Shown here: one piece after another, positions 46,014 to 54,572 of the stretch | Numbering within the stretch: the first letter of the stretch is position 1 | Layout of the letters: each line of letters begins with the position of its first letter | IMG/VR virus record: IMGVR_UViG_3300002225_000002 | DNA length: 64,000 nt | Source of the DNA: a virus | Reading direction: 5' to 3' (one strand) | Made by a program: the position numbers and the translations under genes | The notes under the pieces: generated by a model | What the model saw: the letters and a program-made list of their open reading frames with translations, nothing else | What the model was told of the DNA's origin: nothing | Databases searched by the model: none

Positions 46014-46953
46014 ATGATCTTAATTGTACTCTATCCAGTTTATTCTCAACGACACTATTGTCATCTAAGATTAACTCAGGCGGATCAAGATGTGATGGGT
46101 GTGGGACACCGGCATCATCAGTAGCAACCCAATAGAAAATAATCCACAGCACATTAGATTGTATAGACCATGCATCTATACCATGAAACGTTTGTAGTTT
46201 TCCATTCTCGTCAACATCGCCATATCTAGCGAACTCACTATAATCAGTAAGGTTAAGAGGGAAGTACTTTTCTCTATCCGAAGCAGCTGGAGGGATATGT
46301 TCCAGTGATCCACGTGCTTGGAATAACCCACGGTAATTTTCAGCCGAGACTGTAAATGTATGAGTTCCATGTTTAAGGTTTCTTAGTCTATTAGCTGCGA
46401 TAGGGTGGCTGTAATACAATTTAGTATATACGCCTTCTATCTCAACTGACTGCGAAGACCATTCAATTATCTCTGTGGTTGGAATAGGTGCCTTCTCAAC
46501 ACTATCAGTCACTTCAGCTTCTAATCTTATATTAGAAGTAGCGTCTGTATAGAATGGGGTAGATACTATCTCACCAGCTTGGCTAGGGATAAAGTCTTCT
46601 TCGCCAGTAACAACGAAGTCATAGAAACCAGCGGCGATATCTACTAACTGCCCTTCTGGAATAGCAACTGTGAATATACCTCTAGTACATTCAAGTGTTC
46701 CCTTAACAGTTAATACGCGTTCGCGGTTCTCTTTATTAATTAATGTGCCACTTATTTTAAGGTGGTCTATTTTTGCTCTTTTTCTATCGGAATCGAAAAC
46801 TCTGAATTTCAGAAGGTTATCGACCCCTTTATGAATTTTTACTAATCTTGTGTTCATAGGCGCGTTGTCCGTCAAATTACACTCGCAAGTGAACCTACTA
46901 TTATCAAACAGCAGATCATACCAATTGTCGTATCTATATAAGTCATATAACAT
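46012..46953 (-). CDS. Probable virion protein, 313 aa
   Basis: Beta-rich; preceded by CATAAATA at 46959-46966. Confidence 0.5.
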   Translation of the reverse strand: MLYDLYRYDNWYDLLFDNSRFTCECNLTDNAPMNTRLVKIHKGVDNLLKFRVFDSDRKRAKIDHLKISGTLINKENRERVLTVKGTLECTRGIFTVAIPEGQLVDIAAGFYDFVVTGEEDFIPSQAGEIVSTPFYTDATSNIRLEAEVTDSVEKAPIPTTEIIEWSSQSVEIEGVYTKLYYSHPIAANRLRNLKHGTHTFTVSAENYRGLFQARGSLEHIPPAASDREKYFPLNLTDYSEFARYGDVDENGKLQTFHGIDAWSIQSNVLWIIFYWVATDDAGVPHPSHLDPPELILDDNSVVENKLDRVQLRS

Positions 46954-47005
46954 ACCTCTATTTATGGATTTCGGAATGATTTTTACTGCTGATAGATTTA
47001 GCTAT

Positions 47006-47018
47006 GATAAATACTATT
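47006..47018 (+). promoter_or_regulatory. Late-like promoter GATAAATACTATT abutting the ATG
   Basis: One mismatch to the extended T4 late consensus; ATG at 47019. Confidence 0.6.
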
Positions 47019-47378
47019 ATGACAAATACAGACGAATTCCCATTTTTAACACATATATCCTTACAAGGCGGCGAGAAATTGTGCCTTATACAAAACAGTG
47101 ACGAGAAAATTCTAAGTTATTATGACTTGGATAGCATCGTTATCAAGGAAGAGAAGGCCAGATTATTAGAACTTGGCGATACTTGGTGGCATGAGAGCAA
47201 TCGCTTACTACCTATTAATATCTTTCTTAGAGAAGAGATGACTAGATATAAGCCATTTCTTAGGACTGTTAACAAAAAAGACGTAGAGGTCATTTCTGGC
47301 CCATGTACTTCTTTAAACAATCTTATACGTAAGAGAGTTAAGAAGCGTCAAATCACTTTAGTAAGAAAGCCAAAGTGA
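47019..47378 (+). CDS. Hypothetical protein (start MTNTDEF)
   Basis: Plus-strand gene with its own late-like promoter. Confidence 0.6.
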   Translation: MTNTDEFPFLTHISLQGGEKLCLIQNSDEKILSYYDLDSIVIKEEKARLLELGDTWWHESNRLLPINIFLREEMTRYKPFLRTVNKKDVEVISGPCTSLNNLIRKRVKKRQITLVRKPK

Positions 47379-47575
47379 TATCTCATATTAAATATCTAGC
47401 TAATGACTCCGCTTTCATATATTATGAAGATTTGGAACACAGGTCATTAAGTGAAATTCGTGAAGGCGTACCGAAGGACATCTATGTTCTTGGTATAGTA
47501 GAAACGTACGTAACTGTCAACCCAGATACCTATGAACCAACACGGTACTACATGATCAATATATCTTCTCAGTAA
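47375..47575 (+). CDS. Hypothetical protein, 66 aa
   Basis: GTGA overlap with the upstream gene. Confidence 0.4.
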   Translation: MISHIKYLANDSAFIYYEDLEHRSLSEIREGVPKDIYVLGIVETYVTVNPDTYEPTRYYMINISSQ

Positions 47576-48140
47576 TAAGATTCATTTTTACTACTAATGA
47601 CATGGCGTAAGCGTAACTATGCGCACGTTTGAAGTGATAACCGCCATCAGCAGGCTTATCCCAAATCTCTTTATCAATATCAATTCTAGATCTACCAACT
47701 AGGTGTCTCTTTGCTGGTCGTATAATAGCCAGTGCCACAGCTAGATCATCCACATTACGTGGGCGTATACTATTAACAATATCAAAGTGACCAGTAAGGT
47801 GAGGTAATTGATCCACGAATTCTTCATGTTCCATTAGGTCCCACTGTACCATGCACTCTTCACAAAGGGCATCAAGATGAGCTTCATCTTCAACCTCTTC
47901 ATATATCGAATTATTAAGGACATCGATCTTCTGATACCCTAACTCTTCAGCTATCTTGTACTCGAACGTAGCCATCCCTGTAATAGGGTTAGCAGGTATA
48001 TCTTGAACATAGATACCCACGTTATGTACTTGTTCTTTATCATCTTTGGTACGTATCATAGCACGAACATGACGGACGCTCTTCAGCGCCTCATCACGAC
48101 TTGCCACATCAATATCGATATCACCTTTAAAAATACTCAT
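47556..48140 (-). CDS. DNA polymerase III alpha (DnaE)-like fragment B with the catalytic aspartates
   Basis: GDIDID, HNVGIYV, GYQKIDVLN, LAVALAIIRPA, YHFKRAHSYAYA parallel DnaE PDxDxD, HxxGVVI, KxDxLG, LA..ALYRPG, YGFNKSHA.AYA. Confidence 0.8.
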   Translation of the reverse strand: MSIFKGDIDIDVASRDEALKSVRHVRAMIRTKDDKEQVHNVGIYVQDIPANPITGMATFEYKIAEELGYQKIDVLNNSIYEEVEDEAHLDALCEECMVQWDLMEHEEFVDQLPHLTGHFDIVNSIRPRNVDDLAVALAIIRPAKRHLVGRSRIDIDKEIWDKPADGGYHFKRAHSYAYAMSLVVKMNLITEKIY

Positions 48141-48847
48141 AGTCCTGCCGCGCTTATAATGTCTCTTGCATATTTCACATCATCAACTTTCTTATGAAAC
48201 ACAAAGTTCCATAAATTTACGTCCATGATATTAGCTAACATCTTAACCTGTTCTTGGTTAAAGCTGCTCAGTAGCTTAGATGAGTTATCAGATATGTAGA
48301 TTATCCATGGGGATATTCTACCGCTCTTAATGAGGTACACAGCCTCTACAGGATGGACGTACTCAAAGAAGTTCGTAAATTCCGTATTGTTTTCCTGTGC
48401 CCATTTATCCATTTCGATTATGGATCTTTCTAGTGCTCTTTTCACCGGCTCTTTACGAATGTATTCACCTAAGAATTTATCGTAAATGGATGGCTTATCC
48501 CAGTCCTTCATTTTGATTCCGTTAGTAATAACGTAGTCTATGAATTGATCTGGAACTAACGGATTCAAATCTACCATATATCTGGCGAATTTAACGAATG
48601 CGTTGTAGTGGGAGCTGTCTATGAATTCATACACGCTTTTTGGTTCGCTCTTACGTGATGTAAGTTCATAGAACCTTTGAAATACCCTGTAACCTAACAT
48701 AGATCCTGGTGCATCTTTATCTGCAAATCGACGTTTCTTGACACACATATGCGCTGCTAGAGTTCTCTCAGAGCTAAATCCTTTCTTACAGAATTTACAT
48801 ATGTTATCTCGTGAACGCACTATTGACGTCTTTGGTTTCGAAGCCAT
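48137..48847 (-). CDS. Hypothetical protein with N-terminal C2H2-like Zn finger
   Basis: CKFCKKGFSSERTLAAHMC. Confidence 0.6.
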   Translation of the reverse strand: MASKPKTSIVRSRDNICKFCKKGFSSERTLAAHMCVKKRRFADKDAPGSMLGYRVFQRFYELTSRKSEPKSVYEFIDSSHYNAFVKFARYMVDLNPLVPDQFIDYVITNGIKMKDWDKPSIYDKFLGEYIRKEPVKRALERSIIEMDKWAQENNTEFTNFFEYVHPVEAVYLIKSGRISPWIIYISDNSSKLLSSFNQEQVKMLANIMDVNLWNFVFHKKVDDVKYARDIISAAGL

Positions 48848-49286
48848 AATCTATACACATTTCCTTAAGTTCACTCACGTCGTTTATCTTTATAAGTAAA
48901 TCTATATCGTCCGGTTTCTTTTCAGGGAACACAGATGTCAACATTTTTATTTTAGGGTCAATTCTTCGTGATGAAGTGGGAGGTAACAATTCGTGGTATT
49001 GTTTATTACCTACGCCACAATGAGCCATTAGTTTCCATTGAAGTTCTGGATGGTCACTGACCTTCATGAAATCTTTATTCACTAGACTATGTGTCATAAT
49101 CAAGTAATGAAGGCTATGATCGCTACGATAGTTAGGTTTTACACCGCTACAATAACGCATCATTAGCCAGATATTCTTAGATAGGTCCGCCTTCTTGTCG
49201 TCGGGCAGACCGCCCAGATAATCAGTATTCCCGAAGTCAATGGCATTGAGAACATCGCTCAACTTATTTAATCTTGCCTTTGCCAT
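48804..49286 (-). CDS. Probable clamp loader A subunit (T4 gp62-like)
   Basis: Size and pattern L.AI...WLMMRYCS...N...QWKLM...K.YH resemble gp62-type proteins; replication-cluster location. Confidence 0.45.
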   Translation of the reverse strand: MAKARLNKLSDVLNAIDFGNTDYLGGLPDDKKADLSKNIWLMMRYCSGVKPNYRSDHSLHYLIMTHSLVNKDFMKVSDHPELQWKLMAHCGVGNKQYHELLPPTSSRRIDPKIKMLTSVFPEKKPDDIDLLIKINDVSELKEMCIDYGFETKDVNSAFTR

Positions 49287-49315
49287 ATTTTCACCTTGCC
49301 TATTATACTACGTTT

Positions 49316-49822
49316 CTACTCAAAAATCAATCCAATATCTAAAGGATTAGGTATTTTAGTATGGTCTTTAACGAACAATGCACATAAAGGTGTATCTCCG
49401 TCTTCAACTGGGACAACTAAAATGTTACCTGTCTTCAGTTTAGGGAAAAACCATTTCACGTCAGAGTACACGTCCATCATAACAACTTCTTTTGATTCAG
49501 GAACGAAATGCTTCAAAGGATTAAACAATACGGTATGGAAACCTCTATCATTTAAGCTAGTCAATGGCATAATTTCCATTGCGCTATAATCTTCATCGCA
49601 TACCATCACCGACCAATCTAAAGGCATCTTAACTGTGTACTTGCCTATAGAAAGAACTACCATTGGAGAATAGAAACTCTCCAAGTAGATCAGCGGAAGA
49701 AAGAAGAAATCTATGTAGTCGGTCTCTGTACAATCTAATACACAAAATCTTAAGTCATCTACCACTTCTGGTACGTGGTCTATGTCATACATTTTATTTT
49801 CAACTGTTAGAATCTTACTCAT
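49316..49822 (-). CDS. Hypothetical all-beta protein, possibly a degenerate Hint fold
   Basis: Alternating hydrophobic beta pattern, 168 aa; coupled to UvsW. Confidence 0.5.
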   Translation of the reverse strand: MSKILTVENKMYDIDHVPEVVDDLRFCVLDCTETDYIDFFFLPLIYLESFYSPMVVLSIGKYTVKMPLDWSVMVCDEDYSAMEIMPLTSLNDRGFHTVLFNPLKHFVPESKEVVMMDVYSDVKWFFPKLKTGNILVVPVEDGDTPLCALFVKDHTKIPNPLDIGLIFE

Positions 49823-51282
49823 ATGAAATCTCCTTTTACTTTGTTAATTTTAAATGGGTATTCTTTACTCTTATAAAACTTTTTCCTTTCGGTCAAATGT
49901 TTCTTGGAGTACTTAGCACTAGAACATACGTCGTAAATATTTACGAAGTCTTTATCTTTAGCTTTACGAATTCCCCTACCAATGGACTGTATAACTTTAA
50001 TAAAACTTTTACCTGACTCAAACATGAATACGTTAAATATTCTTGGTATGTCGATACCTGTACTTGCTACCGCGAAGGTTGCAATTATAGGTTTGTTATC
50101 TGCATTTTTCACAGAGTCATATTCAGTCTTTCTGTCTACCGACTTAACGTTACCATTGATGAAAACAGAATCAGGAATTAACGCCTGTAGTTTTTTACCA
50201 GTGGCTATCCTATCAACCAGAATCAATGTGTTTCCAGTTTCTAGAGCAGGCATAATAAACGTCTCAGTAAGAAATTTTAATCTCTTATCGTCAGTCACTA
50301 AATAATTCAGTTCTTCCTGATAATCAGGAAAGTTAGAATAATAATCTTGGACTTGTAATACGTCAATGTTAAGATTACTCAGAACACCTTTGTCTTGCAA
50401 TTCCTTTGCGGACACTTGACATATAACAGGACCAATTGCAGCCTTAAGAGAAAATGCTTCAGCTGGGTCTAACGGTATAGTACCAGTCATCGCCCATCTA
50501 ATAGGACATTGACTAAATGTCTTAGTTAGGTGCTTAAACAATTTATCCGCTTTACATGAATGAGCTTCATCGACAATAACACCAACGACTCCATCAGATA
50601 TATCTGACATCGTTATCTTACCGTCCTTCTTCTTATCCAGTGCCTCTAAGCTCTGCCACGTGCATATGGTATGCATATGCCCTATCTCTTTCTTATCGCC
50701 GTAATACACGCCTACATCGAGTCCTAGTAGCTCATAGTCTCTTCTGGTTTGCGTAACCAGATCCTTATTAGGAACAATAACTATAGATCTACCGTACTGC
50801 CCAATGTGATCGGATAACACAGCGGTGATAATTGTTTTACCAGCGCCAGTACTTATCTCTCCCATACCACAAGGGTTAGCCAAAAAGTCATTAATGGCTT
50901 CAACTTGGTGTTCACGTATAACTAAAGATTCGCCTTCACATACATGACCTTCAGGCCACTTAACATGTGAGTAACTATCCGCAGTTATTGGACTAAAAGA
51001 CATGCGGTCACATGATCTCTTATCCACTACATCTATCTCGTATCCTTCGTCAAGAAGAATAGGAAGCACATCATCTATAAGATTGATATATGTTCTTCCA
51101 CCGGCATCAAAAAATCTTTTCATGCCGTCCCAGCGTCCTAATTTGTATGCTGGGGTATGTCTTGCGTACTGAAGAAAGAATTCTAATTTCTTAGACATCT
51201 TCCTTCGAGTGGACGGATCAACATTTTCGAAACGACAATTAACTTCATCTCTCAAAACTAGGTCACATACTTTATTAGTCAT
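49819..51282 (-). CDS. uvsW: SF2 DNA helicase UvsW-like
   Basis: REHQ, TGAGKT, DEAH, TGT, STGIDIP, QSIGRGIR. Confidence 0.9.
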   Translation of the reverse strand: MTNKVCDLVLRDEVNCRFENVDPSTRRKMSKKLEFFLQYARHTPAYKLGRWDGMKRFFDAGGRTYINLIDDVLPILLDEGYEIDVVDKRSCDRMSFSPITADSYSHVKWPEGHVCEGESLVIREHQVEAINDFLANPCGMGEISTGAGKTIITAVLSDHIGQYGRSIVIVPNKDLVTQTRRDYELLGLDVGVYYGDKKEIGHMHTICTWQSLEALDKKKDGKITMSDISDGVVGVIVDEAHSCKADKLFKHLTKTFSQCPIRWAMTGTIPLDPAEAFSLKAAIGPVICQVSAKELQDKGVLSNLNIDVLQVQDYYSNFPDYQEELNYLVTDDKRLKFLTETFIMPALETGNTLILVDRIATGKKLQALIPDSVFINGNVKSVDRKTEYDSVKNADNKPIIATFAVASTGIDIPRIFNVFMFESGKSFIKVIQSIGRGIRKAKDKDFVNIYDVCSSAKYSKKHLTERKKFYKSKEYPFKINKVKGDFI

Positions 51283-51747
51283 CTAACCCACCGTCGCGTC
51301 TTCAAGGCCAGCACATCTAAGTCTAACTACATTGTTTATTTGCCAATGTTTAGCTTCTAGACCTTTATGTATTGCTAGGTATTTGTTTCGCAACAGAGCG
51401 ACTTCATTAATCAATAGAGCTTGGTCGATAACTTCATCATCGCCGTCAACATACTTCTCAGCATCTCTAGACGTTAATGCTTTATCATAACCTTGGAAGT
51501 AGTGCTTAAAGCGCCTACCTCTAATTCTCTTCATTTCGATATTCAGAAACTCAAGAACAGCTTCTATTTCTTGAAGCTGACTGAATCTATGTTCTGTTAT
51601 TCCTGGCATCATAGCTGCATGCCTTTCCAATGATACACCCGACATAGAAAGTTGTTTCTTGGCGTCTTCTAATTCATTCTCGAAGAACGTTAGGAAGTTA
51701 GGAACTTCCGCAACACTACCAGTTACTTTTCTATACCATTTGCTCAT
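51283..51747 (-). CDS. uvsY: Recombination mediator UvsY-like
   Basis: ALTSRDAEKYVDGD, IHKGLEAKHWQINNVVRLRCAGLED; between uvsX and uvsW. Confidence 0.75.
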   Translation of the reverse strand: MSKWYRKVTGSVAEVPNFLTFFENELEDAKKQLSMSGVSLERHAAMMPGITEHRFSQLQEIEAVLEFLNIEMKRIRGRRFKHYFQGYDKALTSRDAEKYVDGDDEVIDQALLINEVALLRNKYLAIHKGLEAKHWQINNVVRLRCAGLEDATVG

Positions 51748-52025
51748 TATAAATACCCCACGGCATTCATCATGGCTTGCACAAACAACGACGACCTATG
51801 TACTGCGTTAGGAACTCTGTTACGCAATTGCAACAGTCTTCTATTAACGCCAAGTTCATCGCACAATCTCGCTTGTAATACAGTAAGATTCGCTGGTGTT
51901 GCTACGTGCTCTACGACTTCAACATTGCCAGTGTCTATCTCTTGTTTTATTTCAACAAGTAATCGTCGGACTTCTTCGATATCTTTTTCAGTTATCGCCA
52001 CGTCAAGGTCTTCAAAAATTTTCAT
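51747..52025 (-). CDS. Hypothetical protein (start MKIFEDL)
   Basis: SD AAGGAG. Confidence 0.5.
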   Translation of the reverse strand: MKIFEDLDVAITEKDIEEVRRLLVEIKQEIDTGNVEVVEHVATPANLTVLQARLCDELGVNRRLLQLRNRVPNAVHRSSLFVQAMMNAVGYL

Positions 52026-52236
52026 TATCTTCTCCTTCATCTGACAACTCAAAGTAAGTAGATATGGCAACAGCAAGAGGCTGATCGAAATCAACATCGG
52101 TAGAGAAACCATCCGACGTGTTATACACATCGAATAATTCAACTAATCTGTCACAGATATCTATATACTGGGAATCATCTACGTTTTCTTTAACAATCGC
52201 CCAAATTTCAGATATAAATGCAGAATCATTAGTCAT
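52012..52236 (-). CDS. Hypothetical acidic protein, 74 aa
   Basis: Operon context downstream of uvsX. Confidence 0.55.
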   Translation of the reverse strand: MTNDSAFISEIWAIVKENVDDSQYIDICDRLVELFDVYNTSDGFSTDVDFDQPLAVAISTYFELSDEGEDNENF

Positions 52237-53290
52237 CTAATTCACCAACATCAACAACTTCTAAGTCGTCAGCTGTGAATTCACCCATGACCACGTCTAG
52301 CAATTCTGGACCCCAGTTCTTTCTGAACTCAATGAATTCTTCACCTGTTTGTCTACTAACATAGCGATAGCGGTTGCCTTGCTTTTGTAACAGACCAGAT
52401 GTTTCAAACATATCGAACAGACCTGAGTATGGGTCCAATCCTCCATCCCAAGGGATGTTAATTTTTACGCTTTCAAAAGGTTTAGAGAAACGACTCTTAA
52501 CTACTTTACAGTCAGCTTTTATACCTTGCACAGAAGTAGTTTTCTTACCATCGGAATCTTCTTTCAACTTACGTTTCTTAGAAGCAACTACAATGGAAGA
52601 TGCGAAGATAGGTCCATTACCACCTGAGATTTTGTCATCTGGATCAAACATGTCCTGTGATGCGTATGTGTGGTTTGTTGCTACGAATCCAACGTTGTGC
52701 TCGGCAATAAGGTTGATAACGTTTTTAACTAACGCGTTTAACTGCTTAGCCTTACGTCCCATGTCGCCTTTCATGTCGCCTTTCTCGAACTGATTAATTT
52801 CAGTAGGAGTTAGTAGCATACCTAAGCTATCACAAACGAATAACACTTTAGGTCTATCTTCACGATCCATAGAACCATAATCAGCATTGTATGCCTTCAT
52901 AAAGTCTGATATGATGCTTGCAACATCATCGATCATGCATACGCCAAGTTTCATAAGTTTGTCTTCGCTGGTATCTACACCTAGCGCTTGCAACCAATCT
53001 TCATCGAGTGCGTTTTCTGTATCCAGAACAACACAAAAAATGCCTTGTTCTTGTGCATGCTTCACAATATTACCGGATACTATCAAAGATTTCCCACTGC
53101 CACTCTCACCAGCAAAGCAACATACTTTACTTAGAGGAATGCCTCGGTGGAAATCGCCAGAAATAAGATAGTTTAATGCATGGCTTCCAGTACTTATCCA
53201 AGTATCTGGATCGTTAAAGCCAGAACTAATACCTGGAATGGCCTTAGTTAAGCTTTTTCTATATTTTGTAAAATCAATAGGGGCTGTCAT
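52229..53290 (-). CDS. uvsX: RecA-like recombinase UvsX
   Basis: STGSHALN, AGESGSGKS, LDTENA, DSLGML, GRKAK, TNHTY; start moved to MTAPIDF. Confidence 0.93.
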   Translation of the reverse strand: MTAPIDFTKYRKSLTKAIPGISSGFNDPDTWISTGSHALNYLISGDFHRGIPLSKVCCFAGESGSGKSLIVSGNIVKHAQEQGIFCVVLDTENALDEDWLQALGVDTSEDKLMKLGVCMIDDVASIISDFMKAYNADYGSMDREDRPKVLFVCDSLGMLLTPTEINQFEKGDMKGDMGRKAKQLNALVKNVINLIAEHNVGFVATNHTYASQDMFDPDDKISGGNGPIFASSIVVASKKRKLKEDSDGKKTTSVQGIKADCKVVKSRFSKPFESVKINIPWDGGLDPYSGLFDMFETSGLLQKQGNRYRYVSRQTGEEFIEFRKNWGPELLDVVMGEFTADDLEVVDVGELDD

Positions 53291-53310
53291 TACAACATCC
53301 TTATAAGAGG

Positions 53311-53335
53311 ATGCGGGGCTATCCTTGCCCCGCAT
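53311..53335. other. Stable 9-bp hairpin between gp32 and uvsX (attenuator or processing site)
   Basis: ATGCGGGGC-TATCCTT-GCCCCGCAT; no U-tract on the minus strand. Confidence 0.5.
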
Positions 53336-53360
53336 ATTTTAGTCGCCGTTTGGCGTTAGA

Positions 53361-54341
53361 TTAAGAGTTGCCGCGAATCTTGGCTAAGATATCTTGAGCC
53401 GATTGACCGCTAGACGGTGTAGACACTGGAGTTGTATCCTGTGCTGCTGGAGTTGATTCCTGTGCAGCTGGAGTTGAATCCTGTGCAGCTGGAGTTGAAT
53501 CCTGTGCTGCTGGAGCAGAGCCAGTCGCTTTACGAGCGCTAGTGGTGTATTCGAAACCGTAAGGCTTGTAGAACTCAGCAAATTGCTCTGGATCGTACAA
53601 CTCACCTTCAACAGACGCTTCGAACATGTCGAAGATAGCAGCTAGTGCTTCTGGAGATGGTTTAGCTGGAAGATATGTTTCCAAATCAACAAGACCATAC
53701 TTTTCTACAGCTTCTGCTTCAATTTCAGTCAAAGCAGTCTCTTTTCTTGCCCATACAGAGTTACCGTAATCGGCGTATTGCCCGTTGTTACCTTTAGTAA
53801 GACGGAAGTCTGTGCCTAATAGGTAATCAGTTGGGATATTCTCCATGTCTGGGTCTAACAGTGCATTCTTAATTGGACCGAAAATCTGTGGACCAATGAT
53901 GAATTTACGGATAGGGTTCTCTGGCGCTTCGTCTTCCGAAATAGCGGAGTCACGAACAAATCCTTGGAACATATAGGTACGTTTTTTCCAGTACTTACGT
54001 GCTAAGGCTTCTTGCTCTTTGTCACCCTTGAACCAAGGACGAATTTCTTGTAAGATTGGGCAGGTTTCACCCCACATTTCCATGCATGGTACTTGGATAG
54101 TGATGACTTTATTCTCATCATGCCCTTTAATACCTGGAAATTCCAATTTTATTACTTGACGCTCTTTCCAAAAGTATGTATTATCTTGGTTACCGTCTGG
54201 TAGGAAGCGTAGTGTTGAGGTGTCGCCAGTTTTGGCGTCCCAGAATGGAAAAGTGAGACCATCGCCTCGTGATTTACCTTTACCTTGGGATTTTTCGTCT
54301 GCTTTTTGTAATTTTGCACGTAGTTCAGCTAATGTAGCCAT
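53361..54341 (-). CDS. Single-stranded DNA-binding protein (T4 gp32-like)
   Basis: LRFLPDG, QVPCMEMWGETCPI, YWKKRTY, GTDFRL, YADY; start moved to MATLAELR. Confidence 0.88.
   Translation of the reverse strand: MATLAELRAKLQKADEKSQGKGKSRGDGLTFPFWDAKTGDTSTLRFLPDGNQDNTYFWKERQVIKLEFPGIKGHDENKVITIQVPCMEMWGETCPILQEIRPWFKGDKEQEALARKYWKKRTYMFQGFVRDSAISEDEAPENPIRKFIIGPQIFGPIKNALLDPDMENIPTDYLLGTDFRLTKGNNGQYADYGNSVWARKETALTEIEAEAVEKYGLVDLETYLPAKPSPEALAAIFDMFEASVEGELYDPEQFAEFYKPYGFEYTTSARKATGSAPAAQDSTPAAQDSTPAAQESTPAAQDTTPVSTPSSGQSAQDILAKIRGNS
53426..53509 (-). repeat. Four tandem 21-bp coding repeats (TPAAQ[D/E][S/T])
   Basis: Plus strand CTGGAGTTG(T/A)(A/T)TCCTGTGC(T/A)G x4. Confidence 0.9.
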
Positions 54342-54420
54342 TATAATTATTCCTTTAATTATTCCAGTTCTTTTTCTAGATATATTCCAGATAGGTCGGT
54401 CCTTCTTGGACGTTCCCATA

Positions 54421-54463
54421 AGCTCTTTTCGTATACTGATGATTCGAGCTATCCCTCATCAGT
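54421..54463 (-). promoter_or_regulatory. Putative H-type RNA pseudoknot in the gp32 leader
   Basis: S1 ACUGAUGA/UCAUCAGU (8 bp); S2 AGCUC/GAGCU (5 bp), with the 5' arm in the S1 loop. Confidence 0.5.
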
Positions 54464-54473
54464 TTATGCGGCT

Positions 54474-54502
54474 ATTATACCACAAAAGCGTGCGTTACAC
54501 AA
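54474..54502 (-). promoter_or_regulatory. Sigma70-like promoter P1 of gp32
   Basis: TTGTGT-N17-TATAAT with extended TG. Confidence 0.7.
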
Positions 54503-54572
54503 TGGTTATTGTTGCAACTTTATAATATTTATTATATACTTACTATAATGTGTCATAACGCCGCTGAGCGCT

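Noticed and set aside
53426-53509. Tandem 21-bp repeats as a CRISPR array
   Set aside because: No spacers, in-frame within gp32, and no cas genes.
54430-54462. CUGAUGA...GAA resembling a hammerhead ribozyme core in the gp32 leader
   Set aside because: The second core strand is GAAU, not GAAA, CUGAUGA is fully paired in an 8-bp stem, and no stem I/III with an NUH site is evident. A pseudoknot explains it better.
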